The notes beneath the pieces were generated by a model. That model made no database searches. It saw only the letters and a list, made by a program, of their open reading frames with translations, and had not been told where the DNA came from. Shown here one piece after another: positions 61,435-64,000 of a DNA stretch of 64,000 bases (position 1 is its first letter; each line of letters begins with the position of its first letter). This DNA is from Gemmatimonadales bacterium. GTDB taxonomy: Bacteria; Gemmatimonadota; Gemmatimonadetes; Gemmatimonadales; GWC2-71-9. A program made the translations under genes and the position numbers. Where the stretch lies: contig DASTUF010000084.1 of NCBI GenBank assembly GCA_035759745.1, forward strand, positions 10,784 to 74,783. The letters are read 5' to 3'.

Positions 61435-61905
61435 CTAGGTGGGCACCACGAGCAAAATGTGGCCGGCCGGCGTGCCATCAGCGTTCTGCAGCGGCCGCCC
61501 TGAGACCATCAGCGTGATGGGGTCGCCCACCCGGTGCTGGAACCGGGCGGTGATGGGAGGTGCGCCGGAGGTAGCTATGTGATCAAGCACCCGTTGCCGC
61601 TCGGATTCGTCCACAAAACCGCCGAACGACCGGGCAATCTCGAGCGCCTCGCTGCGGGTGTCGTAGCCCAGCAGCCGGGCTAGTACCACGTTGAGCTGCT
61701 CGAACTGGCCCTCAGGTCCCAGGCGGCAGATGCCGCCGGGTGCCTCCTCAACCAGGGCGCGGTATTCCTCCTCCGAACGGCGTACCGCCTGCTCGGCTCG
61801 CCAGCGGGCCACCGCGGCGTCCTTGAGGTCCTGGACCTGCTTGCGCAGGCCGATTACCTCGTTCACCAGCTCCTGTCGGGGGCGATTGTCATCGCGCATG
61901 TGCAT
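61435..61905 (-). CDS. PAS domain-containing protein
   Basis: From MHMRDDN: a coiled-coil N-terminus then a PAS-like core (EEYRALVEEAPGGICRLGPEGQFEQLN...). The longer track ORF overlaps the ferredoxin gene. Confidence 0.6.
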   Translation of the reverse strand: MHMRDDNRPRQELVNEVIGLRKQVQDLKDAAVARWRAEQAVRRSEEEYRALVEEAPGGICRLGPEGQFEQLNVVLARLLGYDTRSEALEIARSFGGFVDESERQRVLDHIATSGAPPITARFQHRVGDPITLMVSGRPLQNADGTPAGHILLVVPT

Positions 61906-61999
61906 TGTCGGTACAGCGAAGTGAAAACGTGAAACACCGCAACGGCATCTGGGAGGGGAGACGGACAAGTGGGCGGGGGATGCACTGCGAAGGAATCGT

Positions 62000-62374
62000 T
62001 CAGGTTCCAGGGCCGGAAGTGGCGATGACGTGATCGGCAACCGGCTGGCCGCCGATGAGGTGCTCCTGGATGATGCGTTCGAGCACCGGCGGCGAGCAGG
62101 AGTGGTACCAGACCCCTTCAGGATATACCACGGCAACCGGACCCATCGTGCAGACGCGGAGGCAGTTGGCCTTGGTGCGCTGGATGCCGCCCCGGCCCGC
62201 GAGGCCCAGTTCGTTCAGCCGTCGCTTGAGATACTTCCAGGATTCGAGCCCGTCGGCGCGGCTGCAGCACTTGGGCTCGGTCTGGTCGGAGCAGAGGAAG
62301 ATGTGCCGCCGAGTTCCCGCGAGGCCCAGTTCTGCCGCCTTCTGCTGTAACTCGCCGTAGTCCTCGCTGGTCAT
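62000..62374 (-). CDS. (2Fe-2S) ferredoxin domain-containing protein (thioredoxin-like fold)
   Basis: The Cys pattern HIFLCSD...KCC...CLRVC and the [12 protein letters not shown] motif. Confidence 0.8.
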   Translation of the reverse strand: MTSEDYGELQQKAAELGLAGTRRHIFLCSDQTEPKCCSRADGLESWKYLKRRLNELGLAGRGGIQRTKANCLRVCTMGPVAVVYPEGVWYHSCSPPVLERIIQEHLIGGQPVADHVIATSGPGT

Positions 62375-63048
62375 GCGGGGACCGTGTCCCGGCTTGAGCG
62401 CCGCCGCCGGAGTTCCAGCTCCACCCGCGCCAGTACCATCTCCACCCCGATCCGGTTGTGGCCGCCTCCCGGCAGGATGATGTCGGCATATCGCTTGGAG
62501 GGCTCCACGAACTCGAGGTGCATCGGACGCACGGTCTCGAGGTACTGCCGGATCACCATGGCCACACTGCGTCCCCGCTCGGTGAGGTCGCGCTCCAGCC
62601 GGCGGATGAACCGGACATCGTCGGCCACATCCACGAACACCTTGATGTCGAACAGCTCCCGCACCCGCGGCTCCACGAACAGCAGGATACCGTCCACCAG
62701 AACGACATCCTTCCGGGGAATCGTCACCTTTTCGGCGGCGCGGGTATGAGCAGTGAAGTCGTAGGTCGGTTTCTCGATAGTCTCGCCCCGCGACAGGCGG
62801 GTGAGGTGATCCACGAACAGGTCGGTGTCGATCGAGTCGGGGTGATCAAAATTCACTCGCTGGCGCTCGGCCAGTTCGAGGTGGGCAAGGTCGAGGTAGT
62901 ACGCATCCTGGTCGATGAATGCAGTGTCCACGCTGAGCGCGTCGTGAATGGCGCGCGCCACCGTGGTCTTGCCGGAACCCGAGCCACCAGCCACTCCGAT
63001 GATGAGGGGCCGAATCCCGGGATGTCTCGCCTCAGCGGCTTCGCTCAC
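62371..63048 (-). CDS. udk: uridine kinase
   Basis: P-loop [13 protein letters not shown] and the DHPDS.D motif. Confidence 0.93.
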   Translation of the reverse strand: MSEAAEARHPGIRPLIIGVAGGSGSGKTTVARAIHDALSVDTAFIDQDAYYLDLAHLELAERQRVNFDHPDSIDTDLFVDHLTRLSRGETIEKPTYDFTAHTRAAEKVTIPRKDVVLVDGILLFVEPRVRELFDIKVFVDVADDVRFIRRLERDLTERGRSVAMVIRQYLETVRPMHLEFVEPSKRYADIILPGGGHNRIGVEMVLARVELELRRRRSSRDTVPA

Positions 63049-63368
63049 AAATCGGCGCCGCCCAGTGAGAACCCGGCGTCGAGGTCGGCTCGGGAGAAGG
63101 CGCGGAAGGCGATCAGCGTTTCTGTGGCCTGGATACCATCGAGCTCCACCATGTGCCTGGTCACCAGCTCGGCCAGGTCGTCATTGCGTTCCACCCGGAT
63201 GACTGCTGCCAGGTCGTAACGGCCGGCCACGGAATAGACCTCGGCCACGCCAGGCAGGGCCGCCAGCCGCTCGGCGACTTCATTCACCCGCCCGCGCGCC
63301 ACGGTGAGCAGGATCAGTGCGGTAACCATTGTGTTTCCCTCGTCCCCATCGTGAAATCCGTCACTCAA
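63045..63368 (-). CDS. Lrp/AsnC ligand-binding (RAM/ACT-like) domain protein
   Basis: VTALILLTV...V.E.LAALPGV.EVYSV.G.YDL...IRV. The true start may be the Met at 63329. Confidence 0.7.
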   Translation of the reverse strand: MSDGFHDGDEGNTMVTALILLTVARGRVNEVAERLAALPGVAEVYSVAGRYDLAAVIRVERNDDLAELVTRHMVELDGIQATETLIAFRAFSRADLDAGFSLGGADL

Positions 63369-63386
63369 ACGTGTGTGACCGTCTCG

Positions 63387-64000
63387 TCAGGCGCCAGTCA
63401 CCGCCGCCGAGCGTAGCGCCTCGCGGAAGCGCCCGACGATGGCAGCCACCGGCTCCACTGCATCGATGCCTTCCACGCTCCGGCCGGCCTGCCAGTAGTC
63501 GTGCTCGCCCGATTCATCGAGCGATGCCCGCTTCAGCTGCCAGAGCGACCGTAGCGCGTAGAGGGTGCGCATGAGGTGCTTGGTGCGGCGATGCCGGAGC
63601 ATCCAGCGGGCTACCGGCCCGGCCCGGAGCCCGGCGCGTTCGACCCACGGGGTCCGGATCACCGCCACCGGCACGCCGGTGATTCGCTCGGTGAGCACGA
63701 TGTCCTCCGGGCCCGACGCGACGATCGCCGCCTTGTATGCCTCACTTGCCCGGCACTCAGTCGTGGCGATGAACCGCGTTCCCACCTGCACGCCGGCGTA
63801 TCCCATGCGCATCAGCCGCACGAACTCCGCGGCATCGCCGGCCCCGCCGGCAGCCACGACGGGCAGGCCCAGCGGGGCAAGCTCATCCAGCAGTGCCTCG
63901 GGTGTGCGGTTGCCAGGATGTCCTCCGGCGTTGCGGTTGACCGCAATCAGTCCATGCACGCCCGCGTCCCTTCCCTTCGTGGCCCACTTCAGCTCGGTGG
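63387..64000 (-). CDS. nitronate monooxygenase / NAD(P)H-dependent flavin oxidoreductase family, 5'-partial (runs off the right edge)
   Basis: AGGHPG, VVAAGG and GYAGVQVGTRF motifs. The frame stays open upstream of the track's GTG at 63959, through to nt 64000. Confidence 0.8.
   Translation of the reverse strand, partial: TELKWATKGRDAGVHGLIAVNRNAGGHPGNRTPEALLDELAPLGLPVVAAGGAGDAAEFVRLMRMGYAGVQVGTRFIATTECRASEAYKAAIVASGPEDIVLTERITGVPVAVIRTPWVERAGLRAGPVARWMLRHRRTKHLMRTLYALRSLWQLKRASLDESGEHDYWQAGRSVEGIDAVEPVAAIVGRFREALRSAAVTGA

Overview
This is a very GC-rich bacterial chromosomal segment that spans the replication-origin neighbourhood. The core gene order is mnmE-yidC-yidD-rnpA-rpmH on the minus strand, diverging from dnaA-dnaN on the plus strand at about 40.9-47.7 kb. 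Protein content (many lipoproteins, beta-propeller proteins, tandem M16 peptidases) suggests Gemmatimonadota or a similar phylum, but that is only an impression. Most of the window is densely packed housekeeping genes, often with 4-nt start/stop overlaps: glutamate dehydrogenase, glutathione peroxidase, a three-gene NHEJ operon (ku, LigD polymerase, LigD ligase), upp, a beta-CASP RNase, four tandem M16 peptidases, holA, mutS, an AlaX editing protein, an M1 aminopeptidase, cystathionine beta-synthase, ddl, a rhomboid protease, mtgA, a 1038-aa Ser/Thr kinase with TPR repeats, fumarylacetoacetase, a VWA protein and udk. RNA genes are tRNA-Phe(GAA) and a type-A RNase P RNA (rnpB) that the six-frame track hides under shadow ORFs. 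The most unusual signal is non-coding. At least 13 loci carry arrays of tandem degenerate heptamers (GTGGGGA/GTGGGAA, GGCGTGA/GGCGTGG, GGTGAAA/GGTGAAC, GAGTTGA, GATGAAG, CCCTGAC/CTGATCC, CACAGAG). Most form long hairpins that start at or overlap stop codons. Some are single-armed G-quadruplex-type tracts, and one sits in frame inside mnmE. A solitary RAYT-type (IS200-like Y1) transposase lies next to an inverted doublet of a different 27-nt palindromic REP-like element. Other notable points are a candidate oriC between dnaA and dnaN (DnaA-box-like sites, (TAC)3 trios, an AT-rich tract), an rnpA with no canonical start codon, a (TAGAC)5 stop pad after dnaN, and a translationally coupled Cys-rich small-protein operon ending in gpx. 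I found no recognisable defence, toxin or secretion system.
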